From: an uncultured Saprospirales bacterium
GTDB lineage: Bacteria; Bacteroidota; Bacteroidia; Chitinophagales; Saprospiraceae
Direction: 5' to 3'
Length of the DNA: 64,000 nt
NCBI GenBank assembly: GCA_913061325.1
Contig: CAJXUU010000001.1
Span: 1,864-65,863, forward strand
Shown: positions 19,532 to 28,533 of the stretch, piece by piece
How the letters are laid out: every line of letters begins with the position of its first letter
Position numbering within the stretch: position 1 is the stretch's first letter
Position numbers and translations under genes: made by a program
Notes under the pieces: generated by a model
What the model saw: the letters and a program-made list of their open reading frames with translations, nothing else
What the model was told of the DNA's origin: nothing
Databases searched by the model: none

Positions 19532-20548
19532 ATGAGTGATACAAATAGAAAAACGGTCTTGTCATGCATTCAACCTACAGGTGATATGCACTTAGGTAAT
19601 TATTTCGGTGCTGTAAAGAACTGGGTAGCCCTTCAGGACAAATATGATTGTATATATGGAGTAGTGGATTATCATGCGATGACCATGCCATATGATGTCA
19701 AAAAATTAAAAAATAGCACTTGGGATATAATCACAAACCTTGCAGCTGTCGGTGTAAAAACAGAAAATCTCTTCGTACAATCTCTAGTACCAGAACATGC
19801 TGAATTAGGTTGGATATTCAATTGCTTCTGTGGTGTCGGTGAGCTCATGAGAATGACACAATTCAAAGATAAATCTCAGAAACAGGAAGAAGAAAAGTCT
19901 AATAAATTCATCTCTGTAGGGTTACTGGATTATCCAGTATTACAAACAGCGGATATATTGATTTACAAAGCGGATTATGTGCCAGTAGGAAAAGACCAAG
20001 AACAACACCTTGAGTTATCAAGGAATATTGCTGGCAAGTTCAATCATCAAGTTGGTAAAGAGTATTTTGTGCTGCCGGAAGGACTATATACTGAGACTCC
20101 AAAGATTATGTCAACTGCTGATCCAATGAGGAAGATGAGTAAGTCTGCTGGTGAAAAGCACTATATCTCAGTCTTTGGTGATGCCAAAAGAATCAGTAAA
20201 CAAATTAAATCTGCAGTTACAGATACTGGTGAGCCATCAGATGTGATGAGTCCTGGTGTAGAAAACTTATTCAGGTTATTGAAAGCTTCTGATGATACTG
20301 AAAATCACATGCAACTTATGGATGCATACAAAGATGGAAATTTAAGATATGGCGATCTTAAAGTAACAGTAGCAGAAGCAATCGTAAAGATGACAGATCA
20401 ATTCAAAGAAAATAAGGAGAAAATCCTAGCGGATAAGAAAGCTCTAAAAGATCAAGTAAAGGCAAGTTCTTACGAAATCAGAAAGAAGGCTCAAGAGACC
20501 TTAAAAGAGGTAAAAGAATTGGTTGGTTTATTAAACGTAAGATTCTGA
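19532..20548 (+). CDS. trpS: Tryptophan--tRNA ligase
   Basis: CIQPTGDMHLGNYFGA (HIGH-type motif), KMSKS and a TrpRS-like length (338 aa). Confidence 0.92.
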   Translation: MSDTNRKTVLSCIQPTGDMHLGNYFGAVKNWVALQDKYDCIYGVVDYHAMTMPYDVKKLKNSTWDIITNLAAVGVKTENLFVQSLVPEHAELGWIFNCFCGVGELMRMTQFKDKSQKQEEEKSNKFISVGLLDYPVLQTADILIYKADYVPVGKDQEQHLELSRNIAGKFNHQVGKEYFVLPEGLYTETPKIMSTADPMRKMSKSAGEKHYISVFGDAKRISKQIKSAVTDTGEPSDVMSPGVENLFRLLKASDDTENHMQLMDAYKDGNLRYGDLKVTVAEAIVKMTDQFKENKEKILADKKALKDQVKASSYEIRKKAQETLKEVKELVGLLNVRF

Positions 20549-21114
20549 TGAAAATCATAGCTACTGATATTACGAACCTGACTGATGCCAGATATTTTGC
20601 GGCATGGGGTGTTGACATGATGTGTTACAATATTGATCCTGACACCGAAGGAAGTCTAACAATTCCCCAATTCAAAGAGATAACAGATTGGGTAGAAGGA
20701 CCATTGACAGGAATTAAAATTGCTGGTCTAGTAATTCCAAAAACAATGTTCTCTGAAGGAATAGACATCAAAAATGTGATTATAAGTCCATTTATAGATA
20801 AGGCTGACCTTCCTACATCTATAGAAAACGTATATCGTATATGCACACTAGAAGAAGGCTGGCAAGAAGATGATAATTTGATTCTGACATTGTCCAAGGC
20901 TGTAGATCAACTTTCTGAAGATGAAGTTTCGAAAATCAAATCAATCTCAGAAGATAAAGAGGTATACCTCGATGGCATATTCAAAGCAAGTGATTTGGCA
21001 AACATCGAATCTTTTAATGTGACTGGCATCATACTAAAAGGCGGTGATGAAGAAAAAGTAGGTTATAAATCTTTTGATGAACTGGACGAGGTGTTGGAAG
21101 CTATGTTTGATTAA
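20548..21114 (+). CDS. Hypothetical protein, weakly TrpF (phosphoribosylanthranilate isomerase)-like
   Basis: Its ATG overlaps the trpS TGA by 1 nt. The N-terminus KIIATDITNLTDARYFAAWGVDMMCY resembles TrpF KICGITNLEDA...GAD..GF but lacks the catalytic Cys. The C-terminus (TGIILKGGDEEKVGYKSFDELDEVLE) resembles the TrpF tail. Confidence 0.3.
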   Translation: MKIIATDITNLTDARYFAAWGVDMMCYNIDPDTEGSLTIPQFKEITDWVEGPLTGIKIAGLVIPKTMFSEGIDIKNVIISPFIDKADLPTSIENVYRICTLEEGWQEDDNLILTLSKAVDQLSEDEVSKIKSISEDKEVYLDGIFKASDLANIESFNVTGIILKGGDEEKVGYKSFDELDEVLEAMFD

Positions 21115-21190
21115 TAGAGTCTTCTACTTTACCTTTTACACCATCTTATAAACAACGCTTAGTAACAGAATCAGTTACAAAATTAATCTC

Positions 21191-21198
21191 TACATTTG
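21191..21198 (+). promoter_or_regulatory. Bacteroidota -7 promoter box (TACATTTG)
   Basis: TAnnTTTG match 24 nt upstream of the ATG at 21222. Confidence 0.45.
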
Positions 21199-21221
21199 TA
21201 CAAATATGAAAAATTCATAAT

Positions 21222-21989
21222 ATGAAAATCCTTCAAACAGCAGAGAGAGTGTCACATGAAGACATGTCTGACAACTATGTGTTTCAGCGCTCGTTATTGG
21301 CATATTTAGAAGCGGCAAAAATGGTGTCTGGTGATGTGTTAGAAATCGGTGCTGGAGAAGGTTATGGGATAAAGCACATTGCTCCAAAAGCTGATAAGTA
21401 CCTAACCCTGGACAAACATCCTGTCTACATAGACCCTGAATATACCAATGTATCATTCAAACAGATGAACATACCACCTTTGGCTGGCATCGAAGATAAT
21501 AGTTTTGATTTTGTAGTTAGTTTCCAAGTGATAGAACATATAGAAGCAGATAATAAGTACGTATCAGAAATTCATCGAGTTCTTAGGCCTAGAGGAAAAT
21601 TTATCCTAACTACACCTAATAAAAAGATGAGTATCACTCGTAATCCTTGGCATGTAAGAGAGTATACTATCGAAGAACTGATAAAACTTCTAGGTCAAAG
21701 TTTCTCCAAAGTAGATGCAAAAGGCGTGTTCGGAAATGAGAAAATCATGGACTATTACAACAAGAACAAAGCATCAGTAAGGAAAATTACAAGATTCGAT
21801 ATTTTTGATTTACAACACAAACTTCCTCGACAAATACTACAAATCCCTTACGATATACTAAATAGGATGAATCGTAAGAAACTTCTGAACCAAAACAACA
21901 ACCTAGTTTCGGATATTCACTATGAAGATTATTCTATTAGTGAAGCAAAAGAAGGATGTTTTGATCTTTTTTATGTCGCAACAAAATGA
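21222..21989 (+). CDS. Class I SAM-dependent methyltransferase
   Basis: Motif I (VLEIGAGEGYG), plus FDFVVSFQVIEHI and LRPRGKFILTTPN, typical of Methyltransf_11-like enzymes. Confidence 0.7.
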   Translation: MKILQTAERVSHEDMSDNYVFQRSLLAYLEAAKMVSGDVLEIGAGEGYGIKHIAPKADKYLTLDKHPVYIDPEYTNVSFKQMNIPPLAGIEDNSFDFVVSFQVIEHIEADNKYVSEIHRVLRPRGKFILTTPNKKMSITRNPWHVREYTIEELIKLLGQSFSKVDAKGVFGNEKIMDYYNKNKASVRKITRFDIFDLQHKLPRQILQIPYDILNRMNRKKLLNQNNNLVSDIHYEDYSISEAKEGCFDLFYVATK

Positions 21990-22038
21990 ATTAGATAGAT
22001 AATCAGTTATACTATCAAACTATCTTACTCTATTATTT

Positions 22039-23247
22039 GTGATAAAAAAATACTTCCTCTGGGTCTCAATGATTTTTGTGATTTCATTGATCTATTCGCG
22101 ATTTATGGTCTCGGTTTCTATGATCTTGATGGTCATTTTAGCTATAGCTAAAACTAAAGAAGATTCCGATTTTAATTTTTTCTCATTTCTGAAGAAATTA
22201 CCATACTCGGGGTTACTGTTAGTTTTTGGAGTTATTGTTTTATCAGGAATTAATAGTACCGATAATAGCGCATGGCTGCACCAAGTAAAGCTTAAACTTC
22301 CTTTTTTAATTCTTCCTTTTTCCTTTTACTTTTTGAAACCGATAAATCAAAATGTTCACCGCTGGATTCATTTAGGCCTTATTGGTATAATCTTAGCGAG
22401 CTCACTTCAGGTTATAGGTAATTTTCTTATCGACTATGAAGGGATAAGCGGTGGTATAAATAGAGGAAAGTCGATCCCTGCACCGATGGATCATATTCAT
22501 TATAGCATTATTCTTGCCTATGCTACAGTTTCATGTTTTGTGCTCGGTATCCTTGAATCTACTAAAAAGTGGAAAGTACTTCTGTTTATAGTGGGTTTAT
22601 ATTTATTCGGGTATTGTCATTTTTTATCCGTACGCACAGGCTTGGCATTGTGTTATACAGGTATCGGGGTAACGTTGATCTGGTATGTAATATCGAAGAA
22701 AAAATATCTCATTGGTTTATCTGTTGCTGCACTTATCATAATACTCCCGTTTGTAGCCTATAAAACCATCAAGCCATTCCATAATAAAGTACAATACATG
22801 ATGTGGGATATCGAACAATACCAAAAAGGAAATGGAAAAAACTATTCTGATTCCGAAAGGCTAATGTCTTATGAAATTGCAATTGACTTGATAAAAGAAG
22901 CACCCTTTTTAGGGCATGGAATTGGTGATCTTAGACCACTCATAACACAAAAACACAAAGAAAAATATGGAAAAAAAGATAAGTACATATATCCACATAA
23001 TCAGTATCTTTATATACTGACTGCAGTAGGATTATTAGGTGCCTTGGTTTTCTTTTTTGGTTTATTTTGTCCACTTCTTTTTACTAAAGAGAAAAATATT
23101 TTTTTAGTCCTAATATTTATAATGTTGGTGCTTTCATTTCTAGTAGAAAACACGATTCAGCGAGCGGTTATTACAGCATTTTTCTTGTTTTTTATCCTTT
23201 TAAATTTGGGAGTTGAACCCAATACTAGGCAAGAGAAATTAGATTAG
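22039..23247 (+). CDS. O-antigen ligase (Wzy_C) family membrane protein
   Basis: Polytopic membrane protein with a periplasmic loop (PFLGHGIGDL...YPHNQYLYILTAVGLLG) characteristic of O-antigen ligase/polymerase-like proteins. GTG start. Confidence 0.6.
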   Translation: MIKKYFLWVSMIFVISLIYSRFMVSVSMILMVILAIAKTKEDSDFNFFSFLKKLPYSGLLLVFGVIVLSGINSTDNSAWLHQVKLKLPFLILPFSFYFLKPINQNVHRWIHLGLIGIILASSLQVIGNFLIDYEGISGGINRGKSIPAPMDHIHYSIILAYATVSCFVLGILESTKKWKVLLFIVGLYLFGYCHFLSVRTGLALCYTGIGVTLIWYVISKKKYLIGLSVAALIIILPFVAYKTIKPFHNKVQYMMWDIEQYQKGNGKNYSDSERLMSYEIAIDLIKEAPFLGHGIGDLRPLITQKHKEKYGKKDKYIYPHNQYLYILTAVGLLGALVFFFGLFCPLLFTKEKNIFLVLIFIMLVLSFLVENTIQRAVITAFFLFFILLNLGVEPNTRQEKLD

Positions 23248-23250
23248 ATA

Positions 23251-24780
23251 TTACATCCACTTTCGTTTATCAATTTCGATTCTATACAGAAATTCATCCA
23301 TGATGTTTTGAGCGGTTGCATTATCTATATATGGAATACCAACTTTTCCTGATGCTGTATGTACTACGAGGTTGGCTAAGCCTTTTCTTCTTTGATATGG
23401 TGATTGTTTTTTGGATAACGATTGAATTTTAAAGATAGGTAATAATTCAGTTTTGTCTCCATATGTACCTCCTCTGATGACCAGCATTTCTTCATTGAAT
23501 CCATACCTCTTCTTTCGAAAAGACAAATAGAAAGTAAAGACCATAAATACGCCAGCTACTCCAAAAAGGATCGCTTGTGTATTCTGATCAAGATATACCA
23601 ATAGTGAAACTAGCCCAATTGCTATAAGAGATAATCTGCCACCATTTCTATAAAAGTATCGTTTATCTATCGGGGAATAGTTTATGTTTGAAAGAGCTTT
23701 TTGTCCATATAAAGTGTTTTTTACTAGCTCAATATGTTCATCTTTGCAGCTCGGTATTTTGATAGATGTCTTTTTATTCATTACGATGCTCGAAGCTTGT
23801 TTGAGTTGAAGATCTTTGATACCTATTAGTTTTTTGAGTGGGTTGTCTCCCCATGACACAACTTGTATCTTGTGATCAAGTGCAGAAACATCTTTTTTGG
23901 TAAACAAACCACCATTGATCTTAAATCCATTTTTTGACCTCATAAATTTCAAATCATAGTTGGTGATGACCATTTTTACCATAGAAACAAGGAATGAAAG
24001 AAAAAAGAAAAACACAATAGCTATTCCAACCAGGATAAGACCACTATTGACCTGTGATATGACTGTTTCTTGGATTTGCTCATTGAAAACTTCATCATGC
24101 ATTTCCATCTCATCGATGCTTGACCATATCCACCACATAAATGCCAAAATAATACCACCAGATCTAAGATGATTTTCTACTGCACCCGCTTTTATTAGAT
24201 CCAAAACATCAAGCTGCATGATAGTTTTAAAAACAGGAGTAGATTTCTCCTCTAATGATTCAATCAAATCTAAAGATTCATCATCTTTATTGACTTGCTT
24301 TTTCTTTGATAGAAGTAAATTTCTGAGATTCTCCGCTTTTTCATTTCCCAAGGCATGAAACTCAAATTCAGCTTTGGCTGAGCCTGCAGTATCGATCTTT
24401 AGTCTTACTACATCGAATATTCTGTGAATGATATTCTGTTCAAAATTTATGGTTTGAATCCTGTCAAAAGGGACATTCATTTTACTCCGTTTGAAGACTC
24501 CACTTTCTATAATCAACTCATCATCGTTGATATAAAAGTAATGCCTGAAATAGTTAATGATAGAATAAACCATACCTAACACTGCAAAAACAGTTATCCC
24601 AATCAATATAGTTTGTCCCTTACCACTAGTAAATCCTTTGCCCACAAAAAATAGGAGGATTAAAGGCAATGCCTGACGTACTAATAGCCTATACGTTTTA
24701 AGTATGATCAATAGGATAGCTACCGCTGATTGTCTAGTAGGTTCTGTAAAATTATTTAAGTGATCATTCTTCTTCATCAA
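23251..24780 (-). CDS. Membrane protein with triple bacterial PH (bPH_2/YdbT-like) domains
   Basis: Repeated TM-pair plus PH-like units (FDRIQTINFEQNIIHRIFDVVRLKIDTAG; IFKIQSLSKKQSPYQRRKGLANLVVHTASG). Confidence 0.6.
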   Translation of the reverse strand: MMKKNDHLNNFTEPTRQSAVAILLIILKTYRLLVRQALPLILLFFVGKGFTSGKGQTILIGITVFAVLGMVYSIINYFRHYFYINDDELIIESGVFKRSKMNVPFDRIQTINFEQNIIHRIFDVVRLKIDTAGSAKAEFEFHALGNEKAENLRNLLLSKKKQVNKDDESLDLIESLEEKSTPVFKTIMQLDVLDLIKAGAVENHLRSGGIILAFMWWIWSSIDEMEMHDEVFNEQIQETVISQVNSGLILVGIAIVFFFFLSFLVSMVKMVITNYDLKFMRSKNGFKINGGLFTKKDVSALDHKIQVVSWGDNPLKKLIGIKDLQLKQASSIVMNKKTSIKIPSCKDEHIELVKNTLYGQKALSNINYSPIDKRYFYRNGGRLSLIAIGLVSLLVYLDQNTQAILFGVAGVFMVFTFYLSFRKKRYGFNEEMLVIRGGTYGDKTELLPIFKIQSLSKKQSPYQRRKGLANLVVHTASGKVGIPYIDNATAQNIMDEFLYRIEIDKRKWM

Positions 24781-25327
24781 TACCTGTTTTGATCACAATA
24801 AAGTCTTTGATCCTTGCTGCAGATTCTGGGGAAAGTCCAGAAATAGAAAGGTCGCTTGATGCCCCTCCAGCGGTAAAAACTTTCAATTCGGCAAGATTAT
24901 AAAATCTATCTATTGGCCCTTGCGAAACTTCACAATGTTGTACTCTATTAAATGGTACAACAATGGATGATTGCCAAAAAAGACCACTGTTATAGACGAT
25001 GTCTTTCTGTCTTATTGCATAGCTTTTTTTCTGAAATTCATAATAGACAAAAACAAGCGTGATAAGAGTAAGAATACCTAAACCAAGCCAGATGTAGATC
25101 CCAAAATCAATCATCCACTCCATTTCAAAAACAAACCGTAACACTAATGAAACAATGAAACCGACACCAAAAAAAAGAACAGTCCAGATAGTATCAGCCT
25201 TGAGCAGGTTCTTTTCGAGTGGACTATATTCCAAAATTGCCATTTGCGGTAATTCCAAAGGAAAAATTTGCTCATTTGAGAATTCTGGTTCAAAGTTAAA
25301 TGTATCTTCTTCTAGATATGGTGTCAT
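24764..25327 (-). CDS. Membrane protein with a single bacterial PH domain (YdbS-like)
   Basis: Two TM helices followed by FNRVQHCEVSQGPIDRFYNLAELKVFTAGG. Overlaps the YdbT-like gene by 17 nt, the classic ydbS-ydbT pairing. Confidence 0.6.
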   Translation of the reverse strand: MTPYLEEDTFNFEPEFSNEQIFPLELPQMAILEYSPLEKNLLKADTIWTVLFFGVGFIVSLVLRFVFEMEWMIDFGIYIWLGLGILTLITLVFVYYEFQKKSYAIRQKDIVYNSGLFWQSSIVVPFNRVQHCEVSQGPIDRFYNLAELKVFTAGGASSDLSISGLSPESAARIKDFIVIKTGIDEEE

Positions 25328-25461
25328 ATTATGATTGCTTCAAAAAGCAATATAACTCAATTGAAAATAGATAGCAGACTATTTCGATTAGAATATTGAA
25401 TTTGAAGACAAATCATGTTCTTTCAGAATAACAGGAAAGGAAGCCTTATTTTATATTTTAC

Positions 25462-27204
25462 TTATTTAATCAATTCAAACGTTCCTGCAAAATATCCTGG
25501 TCGTTTCATCGTACTTGATGCATTCCAATTTTTACTAACTATTATCTTTTCTTGTGGGTTGTACAAGAAGATCACTGGTTGGTCGTCGTACATTACTTTT
25601 TGTAAGTCAATGTAATATTGAAATCTTTTGGTATCATCTTGAGTTGATCTAATGTTATCTATCAATTCATCCGCTTTCTTTGATCTATAACTTACATCAT
25701 TCAATTTAGCCGGGTCATCGTTGTCACTATGCCATTTCGCATACGGGTCATCTAAAGCTAAATCTTGCCCAAGAATAGACGGAATAAGATCATAGTCTCT
25801 TTTCTTTAAGTTCTCTCGTCTAGTATCCTTGTATTCCTTTGTTATGATATTGATGTTGATATTAACCTTTTTTGCATTTTCTTGAAGTAACAGGCCGATG
25901 TTTTTGCTGAGCTCTGATCCTGTTATATGAATATCAAGATCCATTTCAATCTTTTGACCATTAAATTTTTTATCGATCGTACCATCGTTATTTGTATCCT
26001 TCCATCCTTCTTTTGAAAGGAGTTCTTTCGCTCCAGCGATATCCAAAGCTATTGGTTTTAGGTCTTTATTATAATATGCTTTCTTTTCATTTATCATTCC
26101 TATAGTTGGACTCCCTAACCCCCCTTCAAGAATTTTTATCAATTTCGGGACATCTACTAATTTGGCCAACGCTCTTCTAACATCTGGATCAGATAATTCT
26201 GGCTTAGAATTATTGATTGCTATGTAGTAGAACTTCATCAGCTCAGGCGTGAAATATTGAAAATCTCCACCATATGTCTCATTGCTTTTTAAATCAAAAA
26301 AAGTATTTCCACTCATATTAGCGAATACGTCAATATTTCCTTCTTTCATTTGGCTGATCGTGGCTGTTTCATCAGATATGAAGTGAAATTTAAGCTCATC
26401 TGGACTAGCCATCAATGATGGAATATCTGTACCTTCAGCCCAGTAATTCTCTTTTTTTTCCAAAACTATATACTGGTTAGACACCCATTCTTTTAGCTTA
26501 TATGGTCCAGCCCCGTTTATACTTTCTCTGGCGAACTTAACATCGTTAAACGTTTTTGCAAATGCAACTAGTTTTGGATTTTTGCTTATTAAGTCTTTTG
26601 CGTTTTCACTGTCCAATTCAGGTATTGATATTTCACTCATTGCATCCTCTGGATCATAGTGATATTGTGGATAGACCTCGACCGTTACTACCAGTTCTTT
26701 AGCTAGTATGTAGTAATCTTTAAAATAAAAAGTAGCTCGGTTTTGGTTTTGGGGATCCACTTCTACTTCGGTTACCCATTTCATATATGATCTATAGCCA
26801 GCTGCATTTGTATTTGGGTGCTTAATGGCTTTCAGTGTAAATGCTATATCCTTAGCAGTTATAGGAGTACCATTATCCCATTTAGCTTCATCTTTTATTT
26901 CTATTGAGTATTTTGTTCCTCCTTTATATGGTCCATCAATTATAGGTTCACCATCAGGAATTGCTTTAATAAGAATAGGGCTCAGTTCATACGTCTCAGG
27001 ATGAAAATCTGCCATTGGTGCAAAAACATTGTGAAATACAATTCTTTCTGTTGCTCCTGGATTTAAGACGGGATTTAGCATGGTCGGCTCTTTTAACATA
27101 GCTATATCCAACACATTATCAACTACTTTTGTAGCGTTGTCGCCTTTACAAGAAAAAAGAAAAAAAGAGAGTATCGCAAAAATAAATGCTGAATATTTGT
27201 TCAT
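25462..27204 (-). CDS. ABC transporter substrate-binding protein, peptide/nickel family 5 (lipoprotein)
   Basis: Lipoprotein signal (MNKYSAFIFAILSFFLFSC), SBP_bac_5-like blocks (GAGPYKLKEW, VLEKKENYW) and a length of about 580 aa. Start chosen at ATG 27204. Confidence 0.75.
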   Translation of the reverse strand: MNKYSAFIFAILSFFLFSCKGDNATKVVDNVLDIAMLKEPTMLNPVLNPGATERIVFHNVFAPMADFHPETYELSPILIKAIPDGEPIIDGPYKGGTKYSIEIKDEAKWDNGTPITAKDIAFTLKAIKHPNTNAAGYRSYMKWVTEVEVDPQNQNRATFYFKDYYILAKELVVTVEVYPQYHYDPEDAMSEISIPELDSENAKDLISKNPKLVAFAKTFNDVKFARESINGAGPYKLKEWVSNQYIVLEKKENYWAEGTDIPSLMASPDELKFHFISDETATISQMKEGNIDVFANMSGNTFFDLKSNETYGGDFQYFTPELMKFYYIAINNSKPELSDPDVRRALAKLVDVPKLIKILEGGLGSPTIGMINEKKAYYNKDLKPIALDIAGAKELLSKEGWKDTNNDGTIDKKFNGQKIEMDLDIHITGSELSKNIGLLLQENAKKVNININIITKEYKDTRRENLKKRDYDLIPSILGQDLALDDPYAKWHSDNDDPAKLNDVSYRSKKADELIDNIRSTQDDTKRFQYYIDLQKVMYDDQPVIFLYNPQEKIIVSKNWNASSTMKRPGYFAGTFELIK

Positions 27205-27421
27205 GGTGGGTATTTTAAAGAAGTGTTGTTGTAAACCTTGCAAGGCTAAAAATAGTCAATATTAACATTTCACCAAGTAGTTTTAGACTAACATTCATTT
27301 TGAACAGAATGAATGTTAATATCTAGCTAGTAGAATCTATCATTTAGGTGGCGAATTCATATTTAAAAATATTAACATCTAGGGATATGCATGAAATAAG
27401 AATACTTCGTTTCTTTGTGCT

Positions 27422-28498
27422 ATGGGAATACTATTAATTTACGCCGCGATATCAATCTGTTTTTCTTTTTTATGTTCAATTTGGGAAGCCGTATTATTAA
27501 GCATCACGCCTTCATTTGTAAACACGGAATTGCAAAAAGGATCTTCTTTAGGAAAATCACTAGATCGATTCAAGCAAGATATTGATAGGCCGCTTTCCGC
27601 TATACTCACATTAAATACGATTGCTCACACCGCGGGTGCTATCGGAGTAGGGGCTGCAGCCACTACTTATTTTGCAGGTGAGGAAGCTCCATTAAAATTT
27701 TTGACCTTTTTGACATGGGATATGATAGTAGCTGTGGTTATGACATTGCTGATCCTGTTCTTATCAGAAATTATCCCCAAAACAATAGGCGCTAATAACT
27801 GGAAAAGCCTTGCTCCGTTTACCGTAAAGTCTCTTTCTTTTCTACTTAAAGCTTTAGCACCTCTTATATGGGTTTCGCAATGGATCACAAAAAGTTTCAA
27901 AAAAGATAAAGACAAGGGAGTGCTTACTCGTACTGACTTTTTAGCCTTGGCGAATGTAGGAAAAGACAGTGGTGCGCTTGAAGCATCAGAATCATCTATC
28001 ATATCCAATCTTCTTGGTATGGATACATTAAAAGTGCAGGATGTGATGACTCCTCGAACTGTTATGCAAATGATAGACGAGACCATGACAATGGAAGAAT
28101 ACTATTCTTCTCACCAACCAATGAGGTTTTCTAGGATTCCGATATATAGTGGTAAACCTGATTCTGTTACGGGTTTAGTGCTCAAAGATGAAGTCCTTAC
28201 CAATATGATTGAAGGAAACAAGGATAAACCATTGTCAAGCATAAAAAGAGAAGTCAAAATGATCAATCAGGATAAAACACTCAAAGAGTTGTTTGATTTC
28301 TTGACAATAGAAAATACTCATCTAGCAATCGTACATGATAGTTATGGAGGTGTGACTGGTGTTGTTACTATGGAAGACATGTTAGAAACCCTTCTCGGGC
28401 TGGAAATTGTTGATGAATCAGATAACGTGGCTGACTTAAGGCAATTGGCTAGAAAGCGCTGGGAGGAACGTGCTAAACAATTAGGAATCATAGATTAA
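27422..28498 (+). CDS. CNNM/DUF21 transmembrane domain plus CBS pair protein (hemolysin/CorC-like)
   Basis: N-terminal DUF21 helices (LNTIAHTAGAIGVG), then a CBS pair (VQDVMTPRTVM ... RFSRIPIY ... LAIVHDSYGGVTGVVTMEDMLETLLGLEIVDESD). Confidence 0.75.
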   Translation: MGILLIYAAISICFSFLCSIWEAVLLSITPSFVNTELQKGSSLGKSLDRFKQDIDRPLSAILTLNTIAHTAGAIGVGAAATTYFAGEEAPLKFLTFLTWDMIVAVVMTLLILFLSEIIPKTIGANNWKSLAPFTVKSLSFLLKALAPLIWVSQWITKSFKKDKDKGVLTRTDFLALANVGKDSGALEASESSIISNLLGMDTLKVQDVMTPRTVMQMIDETMTMEEYYSSHQPMRFSRIPIYSGKPDSVTGLVLKDEVLTNMIEGNKDKPLSSIKREVKMINQDKTLKELFDFLTIENTHLAIVHDSYGGVTGVVTMEDMLETLLGLEIVDESDNVADLRQLARKRWEERAKQLGIID

Positions 28499-28533
28499 CC
28501 TTTATATCAAATAGATTATTATAATTCTATAAA

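Noticed and set aside
25415-25615. A 66-aa plus-strand ORF at the 3' end of the SBP gene.
   Set aside because: It is antisense to the well-supported substrate-binding protein gene and has a hydrophobic, low-complexity translation.
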